A stretch of DNA of 63,680 bases, counting the filler, from Choristocarpus tenellus KU-1152 (lineage: Eukaryota; Protista; Phaeophyceae), in assembly GCA_964200185.2 (NCBI GenBank). It is 11 parts of 11 records of this genome, joined end to end, with 100 filler letters (N's around TTAATTAATTAA, not from the genome) between each part and the next. Parts side by side here need not be neighbours in the genome. Positions count along the whole stretch, not along the records: positions 1 to 9,776 come from CAXNAD020003401.1; positions 9,877 to 22,856 come from CAXNAD020001622.1; 9 more parts are not named here. One strand, given 5' to 3'. Below the pieces are notes generated by a model, which did no database searches, was not told where the DNA came from, and worked only from the letters and a program-made list of their open reading frames with translations. A program made the position numbers and the translations under genes. Below are positions 1 through 13,000 of the stretch, piece after piece. Each line of letters opens with the position of its first letter. Position 1 is the first letter of the stretch.

Positions 1-1550
1 GGCTTAGGAGGGGACTCAATACAACGAAAGCAAAGCTCTGCCGCTAGTACATTCCTATGCCCTCAATGCCCTTTCAACGAAAGAGTCTTGGACCGCAGCC
101 AACGTTGGAGGCGTTTTCTTACAGCGCTGATTATGTTAACACACAACAGATTACTTTATTTTATTTATTTTTTCTGGCCGTAAGGATGGCACAGAGTTCC
201 CCCCATCATCTCAACCTGCCCTTCCTCAAATCAAAACTCCCCACGCTCGTGAAACTCTCTCTATATATATACATACACATATACACATATATATATATAG
301 AGAGAGAGAGAGAGGGAGAGAGAGAGAGAGAGAGACTGCATCAGGTAGCCCCGGTAGGTACAAACAATTGGAGGTCCAGCGTATGCACTTAAGCACATCC
401 ATTCTTGCCAGACGCCTGATACAGTACAGTCACATATCCACTTCCCCCCCCCCCACAAAACATACATATATATATACCCCTCAACTTAGTAAACCGAAAT
501 ACGAATACTCCGGAGCACCACTGTAGTTGTAGATAGGGTCGTCTCACGGCAACACCTCCTCATGCAAACAAACTCTCGAAGGAAAAAGCCTTCCAAATCA
601 CACCAATAAAATCACACCAATGCACATCGCGGTCATTGTCTTCTTTTGAAACCAACCCCAACCCAATCAGAGAGAACCAAACAAAACAAAAAGAAATGCA
701 GCGGAGCATACGCACGCACGCACGCACGCACGAACGCACGAACAGGTACACACGTGCGTACATAATAAAATAATACATATTTCCTACACTAAAAAAACCA
801 AGTGATTCAATCAGGGCCGCAAACGCCTCTTTCATGCACCCCGTGCACACTACCGGATCGTCAGGGGCGATCACACAAAATAACGCTTTTACAAACTTAC
901 TGATTCTTACCTCAGGAAGTCCCACGTTCGTATCTATATCAATACCAGATCTTCCTTACACACACAGTGGGGGGGGGGGGGGGGGGGGNNNNNNNNNNAG
1001 GACCCCTCTGGTTACTTTCTTAATACACACCCCTTTTTTCTTCCAGGGGGGGGGGGGGGGGGGGGGGGGGAAGGAATTCTTTTTTGTTCTGTTTTTCCGA
1101 TTCAGATCGTTCTCGGGCGTCGGTAATTTTTTTTTCGTGACTGCGTTATTCAAATTCAAACAGTGTTTCGCTCATGCAAATTAAAATATATATATATATA
1201 TATATTCAGGGGCCTCCACGGTTGTTACAACCACAATAAAAAAAGAAAGTTTTTTGCGGTTACGATACGGTTATGATTGAGGAACATAAAAGGAACGTAA
1301 ATGCGGTTGGTCTATACCCTAACCCTAGTGTTGAAAATCTGCAACCGACCGTTGGCAACCGTGTAGATATTTTTTTTTTTAAACACACTCAACCATAATG
1401 ATTCCGTGTAGCGGTACCATGGTTGGTGTGGGTGCTATTCACCCCACCGTACCCCACCATCCATAAAATATAATAATATGACGACCATACTATTGTACAG
1501 TTATTCAAGTAATTGTGACCGTGGTGAAACCGTACACCACGCCGGAGTGC

Positions 1551-1834
1551 ACATACCATAAATATACCGTAAACATACTGCAAACATATCGTAAATATAC
1601 CGTAAACATACCTTAAATATACCATAAATATACCGTAAACATACCGTAAATATACCATAAACATACCGTAAATATACCATAAATATACCATAAATATACC
1701 GTAAACATACCGTAAATATACCATAAACATACCGTAAACATACCATAAACATACCGTAAATATACCATAAATATACCGTAAACATACCGTAAATATACCG
1801 TAAATATACCGTAAACATGCCATAAACATACCAT
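1551..1834. repeat. 11-bp minisatellite, unit TAAA(T/C)ATACC(G/A), ~25 copies
   Basis: Direct tandem array with no unique spacers. It produces the repetitive ORFs 1389-1847, 1501-1896 and 1613-1912. Confidence 0.95.
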
Positions 1835-1932
1835 GGAGTGGGAGCACTGAACGTGAAAATACAAAAATGCAAATACGGCATGTGGAAGCTCTGCATCTAT
1901 GCGTACGCGCATTGCAGTAAAATCTTAGATCT

Positions 1933-2500
1933 TCAGTCTTCAGCTTGTCGCCCTAGTACTCTTGTACTCTGAACAACCAATAAAACACTCTACAAATTAC
2001 AAAAACCTACAATGTAGATGATACACACATCAAAATATGTAAATACAAACAAACGTAAGAATCTTCATATTTTGGAGAGAGCTAAGGAGCTAAGGAACTA
2101 AAGAGCTAAGGAGTAAAAACTATTTATCTGATCACCAACCCCTCAATCATACTGTTGGTTTAGAGCCCACCGTCAATGTCCGACCGTGCTCAACCCGGTC
2201 ATTGAAGGGCATCCTGTCATCACCTTTGACTGTGAACATTAAAAAAAAGGAATGTAACTGTGGAAACCACACCGTCAAAATCCAAATAGCAACTGCAACA
2301 TCAAAATAATAAAATTACAACCATAACGGTACCGTAACAAGCAAAACTTCGACCAAAGACCAGAACAAACCACACCGTGAGGTCAAAAAACGAAAACACT
2401 AGCAAACCCTAACCCTACACTGGAAATACTTTCTCGTGCATGTTAAAAAAAAATGATTCCGCAAAAACCGAACCGAGCCCTACCGTGCGAATCCCCTCCC

Positions 2501-2544
<44 letters not shown>

Positions 2545-2753
2545 CATTTTCTTACATACTGCAGCAAATACAAGGACAGACGGACGTCCCTTGCCGTGTC
2601 GACATTTCTGACGGGTACAACTATCGATGCATACGATTGGACGGAGATTAACAGTCAGATCCCGAAAGAGGACTGAAAGTGCAACCGCGTCTAACCTTCT
2701 AACATTCAGGATCTCACCTGATAAGCTACTTGGAGCATAATCGGAAGGTGCGA
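1933..2753 (-). CDS. Possible last three exons of an unidentified gene (2753-2718, 2229-2153, 1968-1933)
   Basis: All three have CAG acceptors and the first two have GT donors, with compatible phases. They read APSDYAPSSLSVKGDDRMPFNDRVEHGRTLTVGSKPT-STRVLGRQAED*. No homology recognised. Confidence 0.35.
2498..2541. repeat. (TC)n microsatellite
   Basis: Direct observation. Similar (TA)n/(GA)n tracts lie at ~255-336. Confidence 0.95.
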
Positions 2754-3024
2754 CTGTTTTGTGACAATCAAATACTAAGACAGCATGACACGATCCCAAC
2801 TCGACAACGTTTGGAGATATCGTGCTGTAGATAATAAATACCCTATCCCAAACAAACAAACAAACAAACAAAAAGTGCACAGAATTTTGGTGCGAGGGCA
2901 GGGACTGCATCCATCTCACGTAGATGTATGTATCTTAATGTAAAAAATAAAAAGCGGCAAATAAAGGTACGCACCTCCGGTGAGAAGAAAATGCGCCCAA
3001 GCAACCACACCCAATGAAATGCAG

Positions 3025-3065
<41 letters not shown>

Positions 3066-3075
3066 ACAACAACAA
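3025..3075. repeat. (CAT)n-(CAA)n microsatellite
   Basis: Direct observation. It is the source of the poly-H/poly-I/poly-M ORFs. Confidence 0.95.
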
Positions 3076-3299
3076 AAATACGAATTCACCGCAGCAGTGG
3101 TGTGTGCGTCCTGCATTCACCAGCACAGCACTTCCCTCCAAAAAAATAAAAATAAAAAGGAGAAGAGGGGCACCGAAACAAAAACGGCAGAGGAACAATA
3201 CTGAAGCCCAAAAAAGGAAGAAAAAAAAATTGTAACTGCCACCCGCCACCTGCCACCTGTCACCCCATCACCCATCACCCATCACCCATCATACCATAC

Positions 3300-6200
3300 C
3301 TGCACCTCTCCTTTCCGAAGTCGATACTGGGTCTTGTTCAGGTCTCTCCATCCGCCTTGGCCAACATGCCCCCTACCGATCCTACCCTGTCCCTCCCCAT
3401 CCCACCCTCCGCCCCCATCCCCGCCCCCATAGCAACCAACCCTTACGGTGAAATCGCTCGCCCATGGAACAAAAGGATGGCAGGCGCTATCCCCGGGGCG
3501 CCTCCCCGCAGCGGCATTGATAGCCATGAGATACGACAAATTGGTCTCCCACCCTCTTGTCCAGCGATACGTCAGAGGGTATTCGTGCCCGGGAGGGGGG
3601 CGAGGGCAGCCTAGAGCGGTATTGCTGCTGCTGCCTCTACCTGACCCACTTTGTGAGAATGGTGGCAAGGACAGGTCTGCTGGTTCATGATCACCTCCGT
3701 GTGCCTGTACCTGCCTCGGTCCTTGCACCTGGGAGGCTTTTTCCTTTTGGCCACGCTCTTCTATTTTGTTGTACACCGGAGGTGGAGAGTGACACCAGGG
3801 GGAGTATTAGGAAAGAGTTGATGAGGCGTAGCAGGGGGGGGGGGGCTTCTGCAGCTACTTGTTTTAATGGTAGCATTAGTGCATTAAAGGAAATCAGGGT
3901 TGGGGAGTTGTTCGTGAAAGGCACTGTGGAGAGGTGGATGGATGCCCGCGCTGTCCTTTTTTGTCGAATGGTATTAAAAGGTGTAAAATTCTTTCTTTTT
4001 TTTAATTAAATGATCAAACACGCCAATTCAACAATAATAGGTTCAGAATCAGTCCCCATTTTTCGGGGACGTATGAAAAGAAGGTTCGATTTGACTTTGA
4101 ATATTCTTGTTTTAATCTAGCCATGCTCAGCAACATACATTCACAAATTCAAGACTGGGCCTCTTCCACCTCCACTGCTTAGACCTCACCATTATCATGG
4201 CAACCATACTCCTGAACAAGGGAAGGCAAGATATACACCCATAGCCTATCGGAAAGCATCACGTTGGAGCTTGTGAGGTTGCCCATTGCTAAGCCCTGTT
4301 CTGAACGTGGAAATCAGATATCCAGAGGCAGGGAGAGGGGGGGGGGGGTTGGGGGGTAGGAGGGAAAGACAGGGTTAACAACGACACGTAAGTTGTAAGC
4401 CAAAAAAAAAGGATCGGGACGAGGAGGGGATACATCATCAGAAATAAGAAATAATGATGCATCTGTACATTTTTGCATACCACTGTTGTCCTACATACAG
4501 AAATTGCCTCCCCCTCAATTTGAGCTCTATTCAGCTGTGAAACAAGAGGACAAATACCACAGGGGTAGATTGGTCGATAGACAGAGACACTTTTTCATTT
4601 TTCAGGTACCCACAACCCTCTCGGATCACATTCTCTCCAGGCACCCACGACCAACTTCATGAGAAGAGCCCTTTGTCCCATCCCCGGACACCCTGACCCC
4701 TCAGGGGAATAAACGCTAGTAACAAATAGCAAACAGAAGTGTGATTCATGTTTTTCTGTGCAAAGGAACCGCAGTATTCTGGTCAGGTTAACAACACAAA
4801 AAGCAGATCATCTTGCCCCCTACGGTGAATTTGAGGACACAACCCCCTTGAGCCTTGCATTACCAACAGCTATCATTGCAAAGTTGATGTCCCATTGCAA
4901 TTTTTCAAAACCACGCAGGAGTAAGGGCAGGAGAGGAGAGGGGGGATAAGAAGGGAGTTCGCAGGCCTCACCATGCAAGAAGTTCACAGTATGCAACAAC
5001 TGATAGAACACAAATCGGAATACAAGGTCCACACCAGCTGGACCCGCCCCAAGTCCAGGCATAGGCAATAGTGGATTTTTTCCTGTGGAAACAAAACAGT
5101 TGCAGGAAAAGGGTCAGTTTGAGAATGTGACAATGTGGCAAAGGGGCTTCACACAGGAGGGTGGGCACAATCAACCACAGGTTGAAGGCTATATTAGCTC
5201 AAAATCACCCCCCTCACTTTGAAGCTGCAGGTGTCCACAGTTTTCTTTATTGCTCTCTGGAGTGCTAGCATTTGCTTCGGGTCCTGACCTGCCACTTAGC
5301 TCCTAGGGCCTCATAGTAACAGCAAATGTGGTTCACAAATACTCACGCATACATACACTCCATATACTTCTATGTGCCCTGGAGTACATTGACGTGGTAT
5401 ACATCTTACATCTGCCGTCCTAAAGCAAATTGTGGTGATATATTATCCTAAGCATGTGGTCTTACATATTGATCTATCAGGAGTTGAAAACATACATTGT
5501 GCAGCAAGGGCACAGCGCCATCCTTATCACCACCTCCAAGTCAAGAAAAAGTGAAAGGCGAGAAGGGGTACAGGCAAAGGGTGGCAACTATCTCCTTTCG
5601 GGGTGCCTCCGCTACCGAATAATCTCTACCGTTGGTCTGACACTGACCAAAGTGTAGACATAGGGTGGGAAGGAGGCGACAAGGAAGGTAGATGTCTGAA
5701 CGACAACAGTATCAAGCAGGCATTAAACTTAGGATATTTAGGGTTTAAGTGCTTTACAACAGCCGAAAAGCAATTATGGTGCTAAACAAGCTTGAGCCGA
5801 AAGTTGGCATAAAACATCTCGCAATGCCTACTTCGTCCTGCCTGCAACTCAAGTCCCACATGTTTTCCAACATTGTACTCGCCTGAGCCTTTGTGAAACC
5901 CCCCTGTGAAGTATGTGAGGGAAGTAAGTCGGAGAGGTAGACACTCAAACATCTTCACCGAGTCCAATAATACAGGGAAGCGGAAGTTGAGGGCAAAGAC
6001 ATAAGATTCGTCAGTTAAACAGGGAGTTGGTCTAGGCAAAGTACAGATATTATCCCCCAATTGTTGGAACGTCTAGGTTGACAACGGTGTTTTAGGAGGA
6101 GGTTGACACTGGAGTGGAAGCCCTCTCCAATTTTTTGCAAGTATTATCGTACTCCCATCCCTACATCTTACCAGAATGGCGCCATCTGCACAGTCCACCA

Positions 6201-6440
6201 CAGGAGAGAGGAGAGGGACCAACCCTGCGTGTCTTCGATACACAGGAGTGGTCCTTGGCATCTGCCGCCCAGTCATCATACTCCCCCGGGAGAGTGAAAT
6301 CTCGAAGCCTTGATACATGAGACCCAGTATATCCATCAGCTGGGTTGTTGGTGTATGCAGTAGAGGGTCCTGGTTGTCCTTAGTTGTAGAGGGTGACTGA
6401 AGTAAGGTCATTTCAGCTGCGCGCAGCATTGGTAGGAAAC
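3300..6440 (-). CDS. WDR81: WDR81-like BEACH-domain protein, 5' portion (pseudokinase-like region plus start of BEACH), multi-exon
   Basis: Phase-compatible exons: 5302-5218; 5082-4972 (VFRFVFYQLLHTVNFLH); 4300-4190 (QGLAMGNLTSSNVMLSDRLWV); 3760-3300 (LTYRWTRGWETNLSYLMAINAAAGRRPGD..HPFVPWASDFT...GWRDLNKTQYRLRKGEVQ), which matches the WDR81-type BEACH start. Probable upstream exons end at 6172 and start at ~5953. The true 5' end was not resolved. Confidence 0.8.
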
Positions 6441-7166
6441 GGCAAAATACTTCGCAAAGTTGTGGTGCAGTACCCCCTTTCGACGGTTGCACTGCTCCAC
6501 GACCTGTCCGTTCATTCGAGAACCATATAGATTTCAAAGGAAGTCAGTCACTGGTTAGTCACTATTTCTGTACAGTTGCTCATCCACACCTCAACAAGTT
6601 GCCATCGTATATGCAGTTTGTCATTCTAAGTCGGAGTCATCGCAAGCTTCATCTATACATAGCACCTTGTATATCACAACCAACAATTTTTCCAATCATA
6701 CATTGCATGTGTTCTCCTGGAGGCGGTTGAGGTTTGGGTAACATGCATCTCGCAGAGCAGGTTGATGTGGTACGGACGAGGCAGGTATATAGCGCTGAGA
6801 GGTGCCTCTGGAAGACTTCTCGTCTATATTTCGACTTGCAAATGCAAGACGATTCAGCTAGAGCATGGTCCATGTATTCCATTGTGCAGTAAGGATGCCT
6901 TAGTCTCTGTGTTCGTTGAATCAAGGGGCAGAGCCCCACTTGACTTCTGTCATCAACCAAAAAAGGGAACAAGATACCGCCCGATTTATTTGGAAGTTTT
7001 TGGTGATTCCACAATATTTTCAAACCAAGTGAAGTTGAAGAATCAACAAACAATTTTGACTAAACATCAGTACCACAATCACATTTTCTAGTCATGTCGA
7101 TTTTTATATGAAAAACAATACTGTTGTTAAAACTACATAAGTTCAATGGGGTTGAATGAAATTAAT

Positions 7167-7222
7167 CTGAATAACTGAATAACTGAATAACTGAATAACT
7201 GAATAACTGAATAACTGAATAA
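7167..7222. repeat. 8-bp tandem repeat (CTGAATAA) x7
   Basis: Direct observation. Confidence 0.95.
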
Positions 7223-7384
7223 GTTCGGTTACTCCTCTATTATTTTTTAATCAAAATATAATCAGAAGTGTGACTGAACATGTCAAAAGTCACAAAATTG
7301 GTGTATTGCACCCACAACCAACTCGCTACAGATAATACACTCAGCTCCCTACTGAGACAAAGGCCTCCTCCTGGACGTTACGTT

Positions 7385-7800
7385 TACAGAAGTGCAGCAT
7401 CTCACCTGCCACACTCATCCACCAGCAATGGGGTACCTGCTGCTGCAGCTGAGGCGCGAAAGCACACCCAGTACGAGGGCTCTTTTGACCCTCGTAGTTA
7501 CAACCTCAACACCTTCACAGTGGAAAGCTTTGGGCGCCTCGGGAAGAAAGCGGAATGTTTCCAGGATGAGCTAGCTACGCATGTGATAGGGGGGAGAGGG
7601 GTGGGAGGTTATAGCAAGCAAGAAAGGGCCCGCATACGACAAATAGTCTTGGTTACAACCTAGGTGGCCCTGTCTAGACGCGCCATGCATTTTAAGCTGG
7701 AGACACCAGGGAGATGGACAAAGAGTGACTTGTTAGATTCTTGGGATGCTTCCCTAGCTCCTCAACCTGGGGTGCAGGACAAAGCTAGGTTAGAGACACA
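7385..7800 (+). mobile_element. 3' remnant of an RLE-type (CRE-like) non-LTR retrotransposon
   Basis: AAAAEARKHTQYEGSFDPRSYNLNTFTVESFGRLGKKAE matches the C-terminus of restriction-like-endonuclease LINEs. Homologous copies lie at 51955-52275 (+) and 51420-51490 (-). Confidence 0.7.
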
Positions 7801-8526
7801 GGAAGGCAGGGGTACAGCATAGCTGGTAGTAAAATAGTAAATAGGTTCATGTTTTTCACATTTATGAGACCTGTTGCTTTTTTAGGGATTTTTCTGATAT
7901 GTGGATAGTTTTCCTTGTTTTTTCCCCTGACTGACAAATCAGTAAAAAGAGCAAAATAATAAAATGCACTCTTCTTTTCATCACGGGTCCAGATCTTGGT
8001 GGTGGTAGATGTGGAAGCGTTGGTGTTTTCTCCGCTACGTCACCACGCGCCGATGGGCGATGTACCAGCGCTTTCCGCGCGTCTCCTCATGTACCAACAA
8101 TTCAATCCAATACAATTGAAAAATTTTCGAACTCATTAAATTACGAAACCGAAAATTCTTTCCCTTCACAACTCGTAACACTATTAAACAGCCTCTCGGC
8201 AAAATTGAGGATGGAGCATTTCATGGAGGATGAGTTTGACCCAAAATGGTGCGCGCAAAATGCCCGTAAGTTTTTTTTTGTAAATGTTGCGGCACTTTTT
8301 AAGAGCCCCTTTTTGAATGGGATGCATTATTGTTGAAAAAGATTTCGGTGCTCGTTGTGGAGGGCACCGCTACGATTCGGAAGCGACCTCGACCAAGCCA
8401 AAGATGTAAGGACAGACGGGACCCCCTGGGGGAGCCGGTAACGGTTTTGGTATGCTTGTATTATGTATGGTACACTACGTATTGTATTATACAATAATAC
8501 ATATATACGTCTTCTTCCAGTAGTTA

Positions 8527-8735
8527 TAAATATTTATGAAAGGGTGATGTGGTTTGTACAAGAAAGGGATAGATAGGTCACATCCGCCAAAAAACTAACC
8601 AATTTTTTGTGACCTTTTCGTTTCGTACGTTTGAAACATAATGTATCAATGAAGGATGTGGTTTGTAATTGTATTTGTTGATGTAAAGATTAGAATATTA
8701 TTTCGTAAAAACCCTAACGCACGTGTTTTGGCTGT
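8527..8735. repeat. Dispersed repeat related to the inverted-repeat element at 39101-41666
   Basis: 8527-8602 matches the reverse complement of ~41588-41666, and 8603-8735 matches 40464-40601. Confidence 0.85.
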
Positions 8736-8826
8736 CCTTGGGATATTAGCACAAATAACAATTCAATAACCACCGCTTCTGATACTATTTACTCTCTATA
8801 ATTGAAAAGTATTTATAAATGTTAGT

Positions 8827-9776
8827 ATTGTGAATCCTATGATTTTGTGGTGTGATTATTCACCCAGATAAGGATGGTGAAGAGAATCACTGGGCAAGAC
8901 AGAGCAGACGGACCAACACGAACCGTAACGGAGAGGGCGAGGTTAAGGTTGGACAAGTGTAAGAATTGCAGAGTGGAGAGTATCTAACAAGAGTGGATCT
9001 TCAGAGTGACAAGACGTGACCTCAAAGAAAATCTTTGGTGTTTGGTATCTCTCTGATTCAAGAGATATCCACTAAATGTGAAAATAATGGTCTCTAATAA
9101 AAATCTCACAAAAGATCCTCCACTGGAATATAGGATTCCTGACAATGGATCTCAACCAGTATGCGGTATATGTCCAACGGTAATAACAGTATGATGACAG
9201 ACAAACCTGCTTTCCAGATCACCCCCCGTTCTGATGTTCCTCGAAGTCATATAAACATATTATGTCTCAGACGATGGGTCATAATGAGAGTTTAATGAAC
9301 GCCAATCAATGTAAGGTTAACTTCCTGGATTTCGTAGTTTGAGTTTCTTACAATTTATTCATTTTATCATTTCAAGACTATTTAATGCTCATGTGTCAGT
9401 TTTTTTTCTATGCCTCGATCAATCATGAAGTAAATAATCAAAATGAGAGGTCCAGCAAATTTGATGACATTTTCTATTTGGTCCTGTCTGCGAGTCTCAT
9501 CTTCAGCCTCCAGGCTTATGGATTGGAGCTACATATTCCATAAAACTAGGCTTCTGGGGGTGTTTTCCATCAGATTCGGGGTCAACAAAAGTTAGCTCTG
9601 GGAGGAGAATGGGAAACAGGCGTGACTGTTAGAACATTGCTGCATCATTGTATTACACCGCTTAAACACACAATGAGGTGTAACATTTATATATGAACAT
9701 GTTGTGAATCGTGTGATTCTGTGGCGGCGTGGTTCACTCAGGCAAGGGTGGCGAAGAGAATCACCGGGCAAGACGG
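8827..9776 (+). repeat. Two diverged copies of an LTR-like start (8827-8910 and 9700-9776)
   Basis: Shared TGTGAATC...GAAGAGAATCAC(T/C)GGGCAAGAC. The second copy starts TGTTG and is cut by the contig end. The LTR identity is inference. Confidence 0.45.
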
Positions 9777-9876
9777 NNNNNNNNNNNNNNNNNNNNNNNN
9801 NNNNNNNNNNNNNNNNNNNNTTAATTAATTAANNNNNNNNNNNNNNNNNNNNNNNNNNNNNNNNNNNNNNNNNNNN
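9777..9876. other. Artificial contig linker N44-TTAATTAATTAA-N44
   Basis: Identical 100-bp linkers also at 22857-22956, 32067-32166, 39001-39100, 41667-41766, 45342-45441, 48261-48360, 53848-53947, 57855-57954 and 60471-60570. The core gives stops in all six frames. Confidence 0.98.
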
Positions 9877-10040
9877 ATGCCCCCTTCCGGGAAAAAGATT
9901 GGAGTCATTTGCTGTACGACCCACTACACACTAAATATAGGGCAGTTTGTTCTATAACGTCCAATGTTCATCCAATGCCAGAGTCCATTTGCTCGATTGT
10001 TATGTTGTCACTAATATGACCATTATTTCTCTCATTATAG

Positions 10041-13000
10041 ACTGTGCTTGCTCGACCCTACCTAGCCCCGACCAATGGTCAGAAGAACTACAAATTCACC
10101 TCTTCCCATTTATTGCGAACTAATTTGTTCTACTACAAAACGTACCACTTCCACTGCCCCGTGCGTGTCTTTACATTGGGATCAACCATCTCACCTCTTT
10201 CTTGTCGCTCTACCTCCTCCCTGGTATCTTGTGCAGTTCTCGCCTGACCAAATTACAGCTATGTCATTACTACAATATATTTTTTCAGGGTCCTTTCTGT
10301 GGTTTAGAGACAGACAGGAGGTGCAGATGTACCTCTTCTGTTGTGCTTACCATGTGCCCCATCAAACATTTCATTCCGTTGTTTTATTATTTCCGCAAGG
10401 TGACTGTTTCCGCGTTAAATGCTTTGGAAACTGTACTGAATGGAGAATGAAATGGAGGAGGAAAAAACGATCTGGTCAATCATCGGGAGTGAGAAAGTGG
10501 TCTGACCATATGCTGACCGTTATAATATCGGGAGATCATAGGGCGAGATGGGGATGTATGGGCAGACTTTGTTCGAGAATAGAATACATCGAGAATATAT
10601 TGTTATGTTGGTATACACATATATCGAAGAATATGGGCTTAATGAACAACTGTATGTGTAAGTGTGACTGGAATTGATGATTAGATTACATATATATTAT
10701 GTACCTGTCCCAAATTCGTGTGGGTAGGTATGATACTTAGGTCTATACTAAAGGTTAGTAACAGGTCGGTACAGAATGAAGCATATTATTGAATTAATTA
10801 CGCATCATATTATTGAATTACATATCTTCACACATTGGTATTACAGGAGAGAGAGAGGAAATGAAGAAGTTGGTAGTAGTAGAAGAAGTAAAAGCCCTTA
10901 ACCGTTGCAAGATGTTCTGTCACGAGTAGGTACAAATTGTTGAGATGCAAGTAGATTCCTAAGATTAACCGAATAGATCGAGAAGTCCTGTTCTTCACGT
11001 GCACCCTTCTTCATGTCTCCAACATTCAATGACCACTCAAAATATTTCTCGACCAATATCTTTCAGGTATTCGACAGAAGTCAGATCTTACAACCTCGGT
11101 TCAAGCACTTATTTATGGCAAATTGGGGGGAGAAAGGGGTGAGGAGATTGAGCCAATAATAAGCTCTTCTGGAGTCGAACACACACCATACCTATATATC
11201 CTAGATCCCACTGTGAACGTAGGATCAGATTTTGATATATGAGCTTTAGCATCATTAAGGTCTAAACTCACCTCCCACAACACTACTCTATGGTGAGTGC
11301 AAGACGAAATTTCCATTGATTTTTTGCCACAAAAAATAGCAGTAGGTCGAGGGAAAGGGATAGTTTGTGTTCGAGAAGGAGAAGGAAATCATTTGAAGAA
11401 ATCGTCCGGAGACCACTCAGGGAAGGCAAATGGACCTCTTTGGCTTGGGTTCATCGCCTATACTTCAAATACGATGTCGTATCAGTTGATATATGGATAG
11501 GCTAAACAATGTTATGGTGGAGGAGAGGGAGCCTGTTCATCATTGGAAACATCAACAAGCGTCTTGATGGACGCCTTCGTCACCCCTCTTTTCTACCAAA
11601 AGCGGTGTGGAAGAGACCCTAGATTGACTCGAGGTTTGAAGAACTAGTAAATGTCGATAAATCTCAAATTGTTTTCCAAATTCCAAAATCGATCTGGTTC
11701 ATTTTCAAATACCGAAAGAGAGATATGGAGATGATTGGAAAACCAACAAAAAGCAGAACACAATAACACTCTAAACTCTATACCTTTAAATCAACGTAGA
11801 CCATCCAGAAAAATATTCCATAATTCCCTATAACATCAATGAACAGATGATTATACGACCCATATCTCCACGAAGGAGGAACATAGTACGAAAGTTGTTA
11901 ATTTTCTCTCAAAATTACGATATTTATGCTAAGATTACCACCCTCTTACCTCCAATTCAGCAGTCAAAGATGGGAAATCTGTATCACATCTTTCTTCTAC
12001 TATTGTAATTTTGTTTTTCAACTTATACTAAACCTCTTATTTCCCTCTTTGGAGATTGTTAGACACTATTGTTGGTCGCAGTATTATTCTATTATTCGAC
12101 AATTGAAACCTGTTCAGCATGTCTTCTCAACGTACGTCTATCCATGGTTCCACTAATGATATTTTGTGTAAGATTACAATCATGGTTGATGCTTGTTCAT
12201 ATACATTTGTAGTCAATACTACCAACAATATAAATCTTTCTTCGCTCACACCAATATGCATGCACCTCCAGCTATTTTGCGGACCACTTCTTCAAGTAAC
12301 CCTGATTGTGTAGGCGTGTTGTGTTCTTTCAGTCGTCTTGCAACGGGTTGGCTTTGGCACATCTTCTTAGCCGCGTGCACTCACTTTCTGGTTTGGCTTG
12401 ATTGCAATATTTTTTGGTGCCTTCTACCAAAGAAACCCTCGGACGGAACATGCCCAGCCATCCTTCAGATTTAGGTGAGGGGATGCAAGAACTGGTCTGA
12501 AAGTGAGGCACTAGCCCTAGCAGGAGGTGCTCCTACATTGATATGCCCGTGCGTTCAACTGTGTAAAGTGTTTTACGATCCTCGCTCGCTTTGGAGATCA
12601 CCCCTCTCTGCTGACATTGTTGGTTTTTCTACCAAAAGTGCTAAGCGCTGAGATGTTTGCCACTGAAGGTATAGCGCAAATCGTTTCCAGCACTATTAAT
12701 CGCGAGGAACATCAACACCCACGGTGCAATCAACCCCATCACTGAAACGCCCACTTTCAAAACCAGAGTGATATTTATGCTATGTGGTTGTATTCGATTG
12801 TGCTGCCCTCGGACTGCAATCCGATTTTTTCAATACATTCGCGGAGGAGTAACTACCACATAGAGCTAGTGGCGAATGGTCTCTACTTTGGTCTTCGAGT
12901 CTGTATCTTGGCGAGGACGGATGTGTAGACGCTTTAGATGTCACCAATGCAGTTTGAGTCTTTTCGAAAAGTATGATGCCAACAGCTGAAGCGTCTTCTC

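Noticed and set aside
1551-1834. Regular repeat that could be taken for a CRISPR array or a repeat protein
   Set aside because: It is a head-to-tail 11-mer with no unique spacers and no cas genes. The ORFs are by-products of a stop-free unit.
2935-3249. Poly-His/poly-Met/poly-Ile ORFs
   Set aside because: They are translations of a (CAT)n microsatellite.
9821-9832. Recurrent TTAATTAATTAA palindrome as a biological site
   Set aside because: It is always centred in exactly 44+44 Ns, so it is an assembly linker.
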